From positions 1 to 56,240 of the forward strand of contig CAXEHI010000038.1 in NCBI GenBank assembly GCA_963996465.1: a stretch of DNA of 56,240 bases, in the 5' to 3' direction. The DNA is from an uncultured Thermoplasmata archaeon. GTDB lineage: Archaea > Thermoplasmatota > Poseidoniia > MGIII > CG-Epi1. The notes under the pieces were generated by a model. It worked only from the letters and a program-made list of their open reading frames with translations. It was not told the origin of the DNA and searched no databases. This document shows, piece after piece, positions 37,450 to 47,500 of this stretch; position 1 is the first letter of the stretch, and every line of letters begins with the position of its first letter. The position numbers were made by a program, and so were the translations under genes.

Positions 37450-38594
37450 TAAAATGCCTCTAATACTGTGGATATCCCCTGTCCACCACCAATACACATG
37501 GTGGCCAAGGCATACTTTCCTCCTTCTCTATTCAACAATGATGCAGCCTTTCCAGTTATTCTAGCACCACTAGCTCCCAAAGGATGTCCTAGGGCGATAG
37601 CTCCGCCGTCAAGATTTACTTTAGAATTATCAATTCCCATTTCATTCAATACAGCTAAGGATTGAGCTGCAAAAGCCTCATTCAATTCAATTATGTCCAT
37701 ATCTTTCAATTCCAATCCAGCTCTCGAAAGCGCTTTCTTTGTAGCACTCACAGGTCCAATACCCATTATCTCTGGTGCACAACCAGCAACCGATGTCGAT
37801 ATTATTTTCGCCATTTTTTGAAGTCCATGTTTATCTGCATATTCACCAGAACAGACTAACACAGCTGTAGAACCATCCGTCAAAGGAGAAGAAGTTCCAG
37901 CAGTTATGGTACCGTTTACATCAAATGCAGGCTTAAGTTCTGACAAAGCTTCTCCAGTAGTTCCTTCTCTTATGCATCCATCTTTTTCAATTACATTTCC
38001 ATTATGGTTTATTGCTACAATTTCATCAGAAAATTTTCCACTATTGGCGGCCGCAGAAGCTCTACTATGAGATTCTACTGCAAACGATTCTTGGTCTTCA
38101 CGCGATATGTTATATTTTTGCGCTAAATTCTCTGCTGTTATTCCCATGCTTACAAAAGCTTCCGGATAATTTTCATAAAGTCCTGGATGCGGCAGGGGAT
38201 TGAATCCCATCATTGGAACTCTACTCATTGATTCGATACCTCCACAAATAAACACATCTCCAGCTCCCATCTGAATAGCACCAGCCGCACTATGTATTGA
38301 TTGCATAGATGAACCACAAAATCGATTAACAGTCATACCAGCAACCGTTATTGGTAATTCAGCTAGAAAATCTACAATTCTCGCAACATTGAATCCCTGT
38401 TCACCTTCTGGAAAGGCACAACCCATTATCATATCTTCTATATCTTCTGGATTTACTTCGGTTCTCGAAATAAGTTCTTTAACTACTTGACCTGCTAATT
38501 CATCAGGTCTAACTTTTGCCATTTCGCCCTTTTTTGCTGGTGTAAAAGGGGACCGAACATATCCTGCTATCACGACTTCTTTCATGCGAACCAA
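37449..38594 (-). CDS. 3-ketoacyl-CoA thiolase (FadA-like)
   Basis: 381 aa with NRFCGSSMQ (nucleophilic Cys), GHPLGASGARI and CIGGGQG. Confidence 0.85.
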   Translation of the reverse strand: MVRMKEVVIAGYVRSPFTPAKKGEMAKVRPDELAGQVVKELISRTEVNPEDIEDMIMGCAFPEGEQGFNVARIVDFLAELPITVAGMTVNRFCGSSMQSIHSAAGAIQMGAGDVFICGGIESMSRVPMMGFNPLPHPGLYENYPEAFVSMGITAENLAQKYNISREDQESFAVESHSRASAAANSGKFSDEIVAINHNGNVIEKDGCIREGTTGEALSELKPAFDVNGTITAGTSSPLTDGSTAVLVCSGEYADKHGLQKMAKIISTSVAGCAPEIMGIGPVSATKKALSRAGLELKDMDIIELNEAFAAQSLAVLNEMGIDNSKVNLDGGAIALGHPLGASGARITGKAASLLNREGGKYALATMCIGGGQGISTVLEAF

Positions 38595-38676
38595 TTAACA
38601 ATACTACAAGGACTATATATTGAAACTCTTTTTTCTTTAGCAGTACCTTACAAAAACTGCCCTCTATCACCAAACG

Positions 38677-41379
38677 ATGAGTGAGAAGTATATCTATTAC
38701 TTTGGAAAGGATTCTGCAGATGGTTCAGCAGAGATGAAAAACCTCCTAGGAGGTAAAGGTGCCAACTTAGCCGAAATGTCAAATTTAGGAATGCCAGTTC
38801 CTCCAGGATTTACTTTGACTACCGAAGTTTGCACGTTCTATTATTCAAATGAATGCCAATATCCGAGCGTTTTGAATGATGAATTAGAAGAAAATTTACG
38901 TAAAATGGAGGAAGAGTTAGGTAGCGATTTCGGAAACCCAAACAATCCTCTTTTACTTTCTGTCAGATCTGGTGCAAGAGCTTCCATGCCGGGTATGATG
39001 GAAACTATTCTCAATGTAGGATTAAACGACGAAACCAGAAAAGGTTTAATCGAAAAAAGCGGAGCTCCAAGATTCGTATACGATGCACATCGGCGCTTGA
39101 TACAAATGTATTCAGATGTTGTGATGGAAAAAGCAGCCGGTATAGAGCCTGAAGAGGGTATGGGTATTCGCCATCAACTCGAACACGAACTTGAAAAAAT
39201 GAAAGAAGATAGGGGTGTTAACTCTGATACGGATTTAACTGACACAGACTTGAAGGAATTAGTCGATATTTACCGGTCCAAAGTTAAAGAAGTTTTAGGA
39301 AAACCATTTCCTGAAGATCCTAAAGAACAGCTTTGGGGAGCTATAGATGCAGTCTTCAAGTCTTGGAACGGCAAGAGAGCAATTTCATACAGAAGAATAG
39401 AAAATCTTCCAGACGAATGGGGGACTGCAGTGAATGTTCAAGCAATGGTATTTGGTAATTTAGGTTCAGACAGTAGTACCGGAGTTGCCTTTACTCGCAA
39501 TCCAGCAACAGGCGAAAATCAATTTTATGGTGAATGGCTTGCAAATGCACAAGGGGAGGACGTAGTCGCAGGTATCAGAACCCCTAATCCTTTGAATGAT
39601 TCCTGTAAAACAGAAAACAGCCGTGATTTAGAAACGCTGGAAGAATCACATCCAGATGCATATTCTGAATTAATTGAGATAAGGTCAATTTTAGAAAAAC
39701 GATACAACGATATGCTAGATATTGAATTCACCATCCAATCCAATAAACTTTGGATGCTTCAATGCCGTGTTGGAAAGAGAAATGGAATTGCGGCAGTTAG
39801 AATGGCATCTGAAATGAAAAATGAGGGGATGATAGATTCCAAAGAAGCAGTATCTAGGGTTACACCCGATCAGTTAGATGAATTATTACATCCTATCTTG
39901 AGCCCAGATGCTGAACGTTCTGCAACATTATTGGCTAAGGGGTTACCTGCAGGTCCGGGTGGTGCAACAGGACGTGTTGTCTTCACTGCTTCCGATGCAG
40001 TAGATTGGGCTTCAAGAGGTGAAAAGGTCATACTTGTTAGGGAAGAAACAAACCCTGAAGATGTGGAAGGAATGAGAGCAGCAGTAGCTATTCTGACTGC
40101 ACGAGGCGGCATGACCAGTCACGCAGCGCTCGTCGCTCGAGGTTGGGGTAAATGCTGTGTAGTTGGTGCTGGTGATTTAGATATTCATTCTTCCGATCGT
40201 AAATTCAATGTAGGTTCTCACACAATTTCTGAAGGGGATTGGGTAAGTTTGAATGGAACTCAAGGCAATGTTTACGAAGGAGAATTACTCTTACAAATAA
40301 CAGATACAGACAACAATTTTTTGGAACATCTACTTTCTATGTGCGGCGATTTCCGAAAATTAAAAGTTAGAGCAAATGCAGAAACTACAGATGACGCACA
40401 AAAAGCAAGAGATTTCGGTGCAGAAGGAATCGGGTTGTTTAGAATAGAACATATGTTTTATGGCGAAGGTTCAGATGAACCACTTTTTCACCTCCAAAGA
40501 ATGATTATGTCTTCTACTATAGAGGAACGAGAATCGGCTTTGAATGAATTATATCCTTTCATGAAAGACGATATTAAAAATACTCTGAAAACAATGGAAA
40601 ATCTTCCAGTTACAATCCGTTTAATGGACCCTCCATTACACGAATTCATTCCGCATGATGCAAACAGACAAACACAACTTGCAGAAGCATTGGGAATCGA
40701 TTTAGGACAATTGCAAAAACGTAGCGATTCACTAAGAGAATCCAATCCAATGATGGGCCATAGGGGTGTTAGATTAGGTATCACATATCCTGAGATAACT
40801 AGGATGCAAGCACGTGCAATTCTTTCAGCTTCATCAGAACTTAAATCGGAAGGAGTTACAACATATCCTGAGATTATGATTCCATTAACTAGTACAGTTA
40901 CCGAATTCAGACATCAAGATATTTTAGTTCGTGAAGTAGCAAAAGAATTAGGCATTGATTCAGGATATATGGTCGGTACTATGATTGAAGTTCCAAGGGC
41001 TACCGTAGTCGCTGGTGAGATTGCTGAAACAGCAGAATTCTTCTCTTATGGTACTAACGATTTAACACAAATGAGTTTCGGTTTTAGCCGTGATGATACT
41101 GGAGAATTTCTCCCATCTTATGTTGAGAATGATATTTTACCAAAAGATCCATTCGCATCACTCGATCCCGCAGTTGGCGAATTGATTAGTATGGGAATCG
41201 AAAGAGGAAGGGCTACAAAATCGGATTTGAAAGTTGGAATTTGTGGTGAACATGGAGGGGATCCAGAATCAATCGATTTCTGCCATAAAGCAGGTATGGA
41301 TTATGTCTCATGTTCACCTTACAGAGTGCCAATAGCGATTCTTTCAGCCGCACAATCAGCTCTAATATCGAAACAATAA
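38677..41379 (+). CDS. ppdK: Pyruvate, phosphate dikinase
   Basis: 900 aa with GGKGANLAEM, the phospho-His loop GGMTSHAALVARGWGK, and the PEP-utilising TIM barrel GTNDLTQ. Confidence 0.95.
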   Translation: MSEKYIYYFGKDSADGSAEMKNLLGGKGANLAEMSNLGMPVPPGFTLTTEVCTFYYSNECQYPSVLNDELEENLRKMEEELGSDFGNPNNPLLLSVRSGARASMPGMMETILNVGLNDETRKGLIEKSGAPRFVYDAHRRLIQMYSDVVMEKAAGIEPEEGMGIRHQLEHELEKMKEDRGVNSDTDLTDTDLKELVDIYRSKVKEVLGKPFPEDPKEQLWGAIDAVFKSWNGKRAISYRRIENLPDEWGTAVNVQAMVFGNLGSDSSTGVAFTRNPATGENQFYGEWLANAQGEDVVAGIRTPNPLNDSCKTENSRDLETLEESHPDAYSELIEIRSILEKRYNDMLDIEFTIQSNKLWMLQCRVGKRNGIAAVRMASEMKNEGMIDSKEAVSRVTPDQLDELLHPILSPDAERSATLLAKGLPAGPGGATGRVVFTASDAVDWASRGEKVILVREETNPEDVEGMRAAVAILTARGGMTSHAALVARGWGKCCVVGAGDLDIHSSDRKFNVGSHTISEGDWVSLNGTQGNVYEGELLLQITDTDNNFLEHLLSMCGDFRKLKVRANAETTDDAQKARDFGAEGIGLFRIEHMFYGEGSDEPLFHLQRMIMSSTIEERESALNELYPFMKDDIKNTLKTMENLPVTIRLMDPPLHEFIPHDANRQTQLAEALGIDLGQLQKRSDSLRESNPMMGHRGVRLGITYPEITRMQARAILSASSELKSEGVTTYPEIMIPLTSTVTEFRHQDILVREVAKELGIDSGYMVGTMIEVPRATVVAGEIAETAEFFSYGTNDLTQMSFGFSRDDTGEFLPSYVENDILPKDPFASLDPAVGELISMGIERGRATKSDLKVGICGEHGGDPESIDFCHKAGMDYVSCSPYRVPIAILSAAQSALISKQ

Positions 41380-41408
41380 CCGACCTCTTCTTTTTTACTA
41401 TTTAAACC

Positions 41409-41416
41409 TTTAAATA
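41409..41416 (+). promoter_or_regulatory. TATA box (tttaaata) upstream of tbp, with a GGAGG SD at 41444-41448
   Basis: TATA about 40 nt upstream of ATG 41455. SD 6 nt upstream of the ATG. Confidence 0.35.
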
Positions 41417-41454
41417 CTCCACACGCGTGGTTTGGACCTCTTGGGAGGACTACT

Positions 41455-42012
41455 ATGGCCGAAATAATAATTGTCAACGTCGTCGCTAGTGCGACAATTG
41501 GAAAAGAGCTAATGTTACAAGATATAGCATTCCAATTAGAAGGATCTGAATACGATCAGGATAGATTTCCTGGTTTGATATATAAATTAGCAGAGCCAAA
41601 AACGGCAGTTCTTATTTTCCGTTCAGGAAAAGTAGTCTGTACTGGTGCACGTTCGATACCAGATGTTTATGTCGCCATTAACAAAGTCGTAGACAAATTG
41701 AGAGATATGGATATGCCAGTTCTGGATGAACCGATCATCACAATACAGAACATCGTGGCTACAACCACACTATCCTCTACATTGAATTTAATTCAAATCG
41801 CCCTTTCTCTCGGTTTCGATCACATAGAATATGAACCAGAAGCTTTCCCAGGTTTAGTTTATAGGATGGACGATCCAAAAGTTGTTCTACTCTTATTCGG
41901 AAGTGGAAAGATGGTTTGTGTTGGAGCAAGAGAAATAAACGATATCAAAAACGCTGTCAGAAACATTGCGGAAGAGCTTTCAACTGCTGGGCTGCTTCGT
42001 AACTCTAACTGA
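41455..42012 (+). CDS. tbp: TATA-box binding protein
   Basis: 185 aa with two direct TBP repeats (NVVASA...FPGLIYKL..PKTAVLIFRSGKVVCTGA and NIVATT...FPGLVYRM..PKVVLLLFGSGKMVCVGA). Confidence 0.95.
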   Translation: MAEIIIVNVVASATIGKELMLQDIAFQLEGSEYDQDRFPGLIYKLAEPKTAVLIFRSGKVVCTGARSIPDVYVAINKVVDKLRDMDMPVLDEPIITIQNIVATTTLSSTLNLIQIALSLGFDHIEYEPEAFPGLVYRMDDPKVVLLLFGSGKMVCVGAREINDIKNAVRNIAEELSTAGLLRNSN

Positions 42013-42022
42013 GGTACATTTC

Positions 42023-42202
42023 ATGGTAAGAGTTGAGCAAGTAATAGAACGTTTGAAGAAAGTTCAAGAAGATGTAAATGATGAATCATTAGAAATCACA
42101 ATAGATTTATTAGAAAGAATGCGTCGCAATATATCTTCACGCTCGACATTACAAGGTTATCTAGCAGATGACAAATGGCGTGATTTGAACTGGCAGGAGT
42201 AA
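42023..42202 (+). CDS. Small helical protein (59 aa), unknown function
   Basis: ATG 42023 is preceded by GAGGT about 8 nt upstream. It fills the tbp-aIF5A gap. The tracked start 41966 overlaps tbp. No family recognised. Confidence 0.35.
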   Translation: MVRVEQVIERLKKVQEDVNDESLEITIDLLERMRRNISSRSTLQGYLADDKWRDLNWQE

Positions 42203-42206
42203 TAAT

Positions 42207-42602
42207 ATGACAACAACAATAACCGAAATCAGAGAATTGAAAACAGGTTCTTACATCGTGGTCGATGGCGAACCTTGCAAGATCACAGATTATAAAACAT
42301 CAAAACCAGGTAAACATGGTGAAGCTAAGGCTCGAATTGTCGCAGTCGGCCTCTTTGATAACAGAAAAAGATCTCTAGTTCATCCAGTAAAACATAAAGT
42401 TCACACACCAATGGTCGATAGAAAGAAAGCACAAGTTCTAGCTATGGTGGGTGCAGAAGTGCAAGTTATGGATTTAGAAACATTTGAAACTTTCAATATT
42501 CCTCTAACTAACGTTCCTGAAGAATTTCACAATGATTTAGATTCAGGTAGAGAAATTCAATACCTTGCTTCAATGGGTAAACACCTAGTTACACGTGTCT
42601 AA
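42207..42602 (+). CDS. eif5a: Translation initiation factor 5A
   Basis: 131 aa with the hypusine loop TSKPGKHGEAKARIV. Confidence 0.95.
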   Translation: MTTTITEIRELKTGSYIVVDGEPCKITDYKTSKPGKHGEAKARIVAVGLFDNRKRSLVHPVKHKVHTPMVDRKKAQVLAMVGAEVQVMDLETFETFNIPLTNVPEEFHNDLDSGREIQYLASMGKHLVTRV

Positions 42603-43446
42603 ATTCTTTGCAGACGCAGAAGAGAGTTTTGAAGAATCTAAGTTCGTTATCTATGGCTATCCTTATGACGGTACAGCCTGTTTTAGAAAAGGAACTGCAA
42701 AAGCTCCAGATGCTATAAGGGAACAAAGTTTCAATTTTGAAACAAATTTAATGGAATTGGGGGTAGATTTAGTAGACGTTCCTGCAAACGATTGGGGCAA
42801 TATCGAATTAGGTGAAAATCAGGAAGAAAACAATTCTCGAATAAAATCATTAGTGTCCGAAATAATTTCAAACAACAAATTTCCAATAGGATTGGGTGGT
42901 GAACACTCCTTAACACCTCCAGTCATAGAGGCGATGGTCGAGAAATATCCAAATCTAAACGTTTTAATCATGGACGCACATCTCGATTTTCGAGATGGCT
43001 ACGAAGGAAATCACTGGTCACACGCTTCTACAACACGAAGAATTTTTGATTTATTAGGTCCGAACAACATTTGGTTATTGGGCGTAAGATCTGCTTCTTC
43101 TACTGAAGTTTCAGAAGCAAGAGCTTCCAAATTAAATTACACTGAATCTGGTTGGGTTGATTTAAGAGAACATCTTGCAGACATGCTTGATTTGTTTCAG
43201 GGCCCACTTTACCTAAGTTTAGATATGGATGTAATAGATCCAGCCTTTGCTCCAGGTATCGGTACACCCGAACCTTTCGGTATGACCCCCTATGAGGTCG
43301 TACAAACGATAAATTTCGTTTCAGATAATTTAGTAGGTTTCGATTGTGTAGAGGTCTGTCCACCATTTGATAATGGCAATACTTCAGCATTAGCAGCTAG
43401 GCTAACTCGCCATTTGATGGGTATTGTACACCGAATCAGAAACTAA
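42595..43446 (+). CDS. speB: Agmatinase (arginase/ureohydrolase family)
   Basis: 283 aa with GGEHSLT, DAHLDFRD and SLDMDVIDPAFAPGIGTPEP Mn-binding motifs. GTG start overlaps the aIF5A end. Confidence 0.85.
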   Translation: MSKFFADAEESFEESKFVIYGYPYDGTACFRKGTAKAPDAIREQSFNFETNLMELGVDLVDVPANDWGNIELGENQEENNSRIKSLVSEIISNNKFPIGLGGEHSLTPPVIEAMVEKYPNLNVLIMDAHLDFRDGYEGNHWSHASTTRRIFDLLGPNNIWLLGVRSASSTEVSEARASKLNYTESGWVDLREHLADMLDLFQGPLYLSLDMDVIDPAFAPGIGTPEPFGMTPYEVVQTINFVSDNLVGFDCVEVCPPFDNGNTSALAARLTRHLMGIVHRIRN

Positions 43447-43492
43447 TTTTCAAACGATTTTCTAAAATAGTGCCTACAGATTGAGAAACTAA

Positions 43493-43580
43493 GCAGGGGT
43501 AGCCAAGTCAGGTCAACGGCGACAGACTCAAGATCTGTTCTTGTAGAAGTTCGTCGGTTCGAATCCGGCCCCCTGCACCA
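43493..43580 (+). tRNA. tRNA-Leu (anticodon CAA), type II with long variable arm, CCA encoded
   Basis: Acceptor GCAGGGG/CCCCTGC, anticodon stem ACAGA/TCTGT with loop CTCAAGA, long variable arm, T arm GTCGG-TTCGAAT-CCGGC, discriminator A, then CCA. Confidence 0.85.
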
Positions 43581-43730
43581 TTTTTAAAGCTAATTAAAGT
43601 GTATAAATTAGAAAAATTTATTTTTTAACAATTTTATAAAATCTTATTAATTAAAAACATTTTTAATTCATTTTTATTCTCTATTATTAATATATAAATA
43701 TATTATTCATTTACATTTTAAAAAATAAAA

Positions 43731-43790
43731 AAATCTATTTTTTATTGTAAATAAACAATTTACAAATAACTAAAAACTAAAAATAGATTT
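43731..43790. repeat. Nested inverted repeats in an extremely AT-rich spacer
   Basis: Outer arms aaatctattttt (43731-43742) and aaaaatagattt (43779-43790). Inner arms ttgtaaat (43745-43752) and atttacaa (43758-43765). The right arm overlaps the pdxT stop codon. Confidence 0.7.
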
Positions 43791-44343
43791 ATCTTATTTG
43801 AGAAATCCATTTTTGATGCAATAAATTACTTTCCGTCAATTCTGGATGAAAAGTAAGCGCCATATGTTTACCTTGTTTTACTCCTACAATTTCATTTTCT
43901 AAATGCGCTATTGCATTGCATTCTCCAAAAGTATTTTTTATTTGTGGGGCTCTGATAAAGACACCAGGAAATTTAGAAATTCCATTAAATTCATCCGTTT
44001 CTAGCGCTATTTCGCTTTCAAAAGAGTCTATTTGCCTACCATAAGCGTTTCTTAAAATGTTAATATTCACTATTCCAAACGTCTCATCATCACAATTTCC
44101 AAGTAATACTGCTCCAGCACAGGTTCCAAGTATAGGTATTTTGTCTTTTTTTAACTCATTCCAAAGTCCAGAATTCTTTAATAATTTTCTCAAAGTTGTA
44201 GATTCTCCACCTGGCATTACAAGCCCATTAATCCCATTTAGATCTTTTGGGAGCCGAACGTCTCTAGTTTCTACACCACATCTATGAAATGCCATATGAT
44301 GCTCACTTACAGAGCCTTGAAGGGCCAAAACACCTATCTCCAT
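43789..44343 (-). CDS. pdxT: Pyridoxal 5'-phosphate synthase glutaminase subunit
   Basis: 184 aa with MEIGVLALQGSVSEH, GTCAG (nucleophilic Cys) and FHPE. Confidence 0.9.
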   Translation of the reverse strand: MEIGVLALQGSVSEHHMAFHRCGVETRDVRLPKDLNGINGLVMPGGESTTLRKLLKNSGLWNELKKDKIPILGTCAGAVLLGNCDDETFGIVNINILRNAYGRQIDSFESEIALETDEFNGISKFPGVFIRAPQIKNTFGECNAIAHLENEIVGVKQGKHMALTFHPELTESNLLHQKWISQIR

Positions 44344-44435
44344 AAACCCCTATTAATCGTCGAGATATAGCACTATCCTTGAATCTTATTTCTCCTCGAT
44401 ACCCATATTGCCGTATCGTACGCGTTTAGCCAACG

Positions 44436-44443
44436 TTTTTTAT
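44436..44443 (+). promoter_or_regulatory. TATA-like box (tttttata) upstream of the giant surface-protein gene
   Basis: About 75 nt upstream of ATG 44516. AGGTG SD at 44504-44508. The 10-bp palindrome ctgttaacag at 44484-44493 lies between them. Confidence 0.35.
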
Positions 44444-44515
44444 ACAGCTTTACCATGGTTAATGTCCTGTTGACGTCTAACGACTGTTAACAGTAACGCA
44501 ACCAAGGTGTAAAAA

Positions 44516-47500
44516 ATGCAAGAAACTCAAATGCATAAAGGAAAGAAGCTAGCCATGAGACTAATTTCTCTCGTGGTCGCTGTTACTATGGTAACAAGCG
44601 GATCCGCTCTCCTATTTTCATACGCTGAGGCTTCGACCGGAGGACCGGATTCACAGGGTTATTCCTGGACCGATTCCGACGAAGCAGGCAACGAAAATCT
44701 GTATAGCGAATATTTTGTGGATTGTGACTCTCTAGGGTCCGATTCAGATAGCAGCAACGACTGTACCAGCTCGTATATCTACGACGATGGAACAGTAACG
44801 ATAAGTCTACCGTACAGTGTAAAGTACTACTTTGCCGACTACGACTCAGTATCTGTTAATAATAACGGATGTTTAGGTTTCGGTGGATCTCCAAGTTGTA
44901 GCTACTACGACACATCTCCTTCGACTTCCAATTCCGGAACTCCGAAGATGGATGTAGCGCACGATGATTGGTATTATTATTCAAATAATGCTGGCAGTAC
45001 GACTTATGGTACGTACATTGACCACACAGAAACATCTCACCCAGATCACGGTGATGGATATTTCGTACAGTGGACTGATAAGTGTATGTACGGACTCTCG
45101 TCTTGTCAAATGTATGGAGAATTTACATTCTCAACTGCATTATTTGCAGATGGAACTATAGTTGCAATGTACAGTGACTGGGGTACTGGTGCTACTTCTA
45201 GCAGCACAATCCGTCAAGACGACCCAGTAATCGGCCTTTCACAAGGTGACGGTTCAAACGGTCTAGATTACAGAACAACTAACTGTGGCACTTCATGTAA
45301 CGGCGACTTAGCCGGTGGAGATTTCGCTGTTATGTTCATGCCACCTTCCTGGGCTCTACATGACTTGGTCATGGACGAGAACCTAGTAGGTGCTGAAGAA
45401 CTTCCAGAGAATTTCGAATCTCAATTCGGTGCAGTAGTAAAGAACATGGGATTGAACGATGAAGATAATGTAGCCGTTGAAGGTACATTCCATCACACTA
45501 CTCTCGCAGATGCTATGAATGAAATTATGGATGCAGATACTAACTTAGTAGCTGGTCCAGAATCAGGTTCATTCGGTTCTTCTGACGGAACATACGATTG
45601 TTATTACGATGCATTCGCATGCAGCTCAGTAACACTCGAACTACCTGCAGATTCTGTAACAAATCAGGTCTATCAGGGTGGTTACTACGATTGTTCATAC
45701 AATTATGACTTGTATTATGGCGTATCAGAATCCTATACTGACATGGGAATCTATCTCGTTACCGCATCAGATTATTACGGTGATGGAGGTATGACTGTCG
45801 ACGCAACTGATGCAAACGGCAATTCATTAGGCCACATTGGACCTTACGACTATAGTGACGAGACATCTTTCACCTTCACCATTGATGGTAGTACTGCAAC
45901 ACCTGTTGAAGTTACTGCTTCTATGGACAGCTGGTGGTGGGAAGGTTGTTTGACCATTGATCATACAGTGGCAACAGCAATACCAGGCGATTTCAGAGCT
46001 ACAGCAACAGATCAGTACAGTGACGGTGGACACACAATAACTGTTCTAGACGGTGCTGGAAATGAGATGGCTTCTGGTTGTGGAAGCTCACCTTGGTCTG
46101 ATTGGTGGTTCGGAGATGGAAACGGCTGGGCCGACGGCTCAGAATGTTCACTGGATTTCACAGTTACGGCTGACACCTTGCCGCCTGTTACAATGAGATT
46201 CGATAGTGACTTATATGGAAATGAAGGAACTTTCTCCGCTTATGAATTAATTTCAAGCACAAGCGACTGGTCACACGACACAGTTGTAGGTGAATTCGAC
46301 CACTGGGCAACTAGCTCAGGATCTAGTGGAACTGTTATGGCTTCAGGATTGAAGGACACATACGTTTCAGGTAATCTATTCGAAGGTAATACTAGAATGG
46401 CTGAAGGCTGCGGTTACACCTGGGCAGTCGACTATGCCGCTGGTACATTATTCAGATGGACTTCTGGAAGTGAAATGAGTCAACCAACAAGTTTCGATAT
46501 TAATGGAATAATGGATGTTTCAGCTACTACTACCACATACGGTGGTACTACTGATGCAACAGAAGGTTCACATTATCAGCACGATGCAGATGAGATGTGC
46601 CACGTTACAACTCTAGTTTCAGATGGTAGTACTTACAGTGAAGTTACGCATTACTACAATGCAGACTTGACCGGTTCTACAGATCAAGGAAACTATGATT
46701 GGCTCGGCAGCTCATTAGATTCTTACGGAATCTCAGCAATGGATGATTCGCAATACAGATATGGATTCACACATAATCCATACGGAAATTTCGATTGTAA
46801 TGGTGACGGTTCCACAGATTACTACTCGTACTACTACTACACCGTTCTACAACAGGGCGACTACGTCATGCACTTCAGAGATGACAGTGGTGACGGTGGA
46901 ACTTGGGCATCAGCATACACCTCAGCTCAGGGTAGTTACGGATATGATTGGATGTTCAAGATTGAAGATCACGGTGACTGGGGATACTTAGAATTAGGGG
47001 ATCCTGTCCCAACTGACGCAGATGGCGATGGAACTATCGACTACTACGACAGTGCAATCTGGTTCAGAATATCTAATGCTTCAGAAGGATTCTACATGCT
47101 TTGGTGTGATATTACCATGCCAAGAACTTCAGTAGAGGACGGAACACACTTCGTAATCAACTACGCATATGACGAAGGTCACACAGAAGCTTTCGTTGGC
47201 GACAGTGGTAACAACGTAATACACCAAATCCGACAAGACGGCGACACAACTGATGTCGACGATATCGCAGGACTTGGCGTAAATGCAGAAACCACTGGAA
47301 CAACTATGACATCTTTCGGTGATTTAGTTGTAGATGACGATGGTAACGTACACGCTTCAATGTCTGATGATGACTACGTAGTAGTCCGATCTTACAATAG
47401 AGATTCAAGTGGCTTCTACTACACTGATGATTTGGACTCAGATTACCATGAGTACTCGTACGCGTGCGGTACTTGTGATACATGGGGTGCCACAGCTATA

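Noticed and set aside
43581-43790. AT-rich spacer as a chromosomal replication origin
   Set aside because: I could not see ORB or mini-ORB-like repeats of the GTTCCAGTGGAAAC type, and there is no adjacent orc1/cdc6 gene. The inverted repeats are AT-only and sit at converging transcript ends, so a terminator role is simpler. It is kept as a low-interest finding only.
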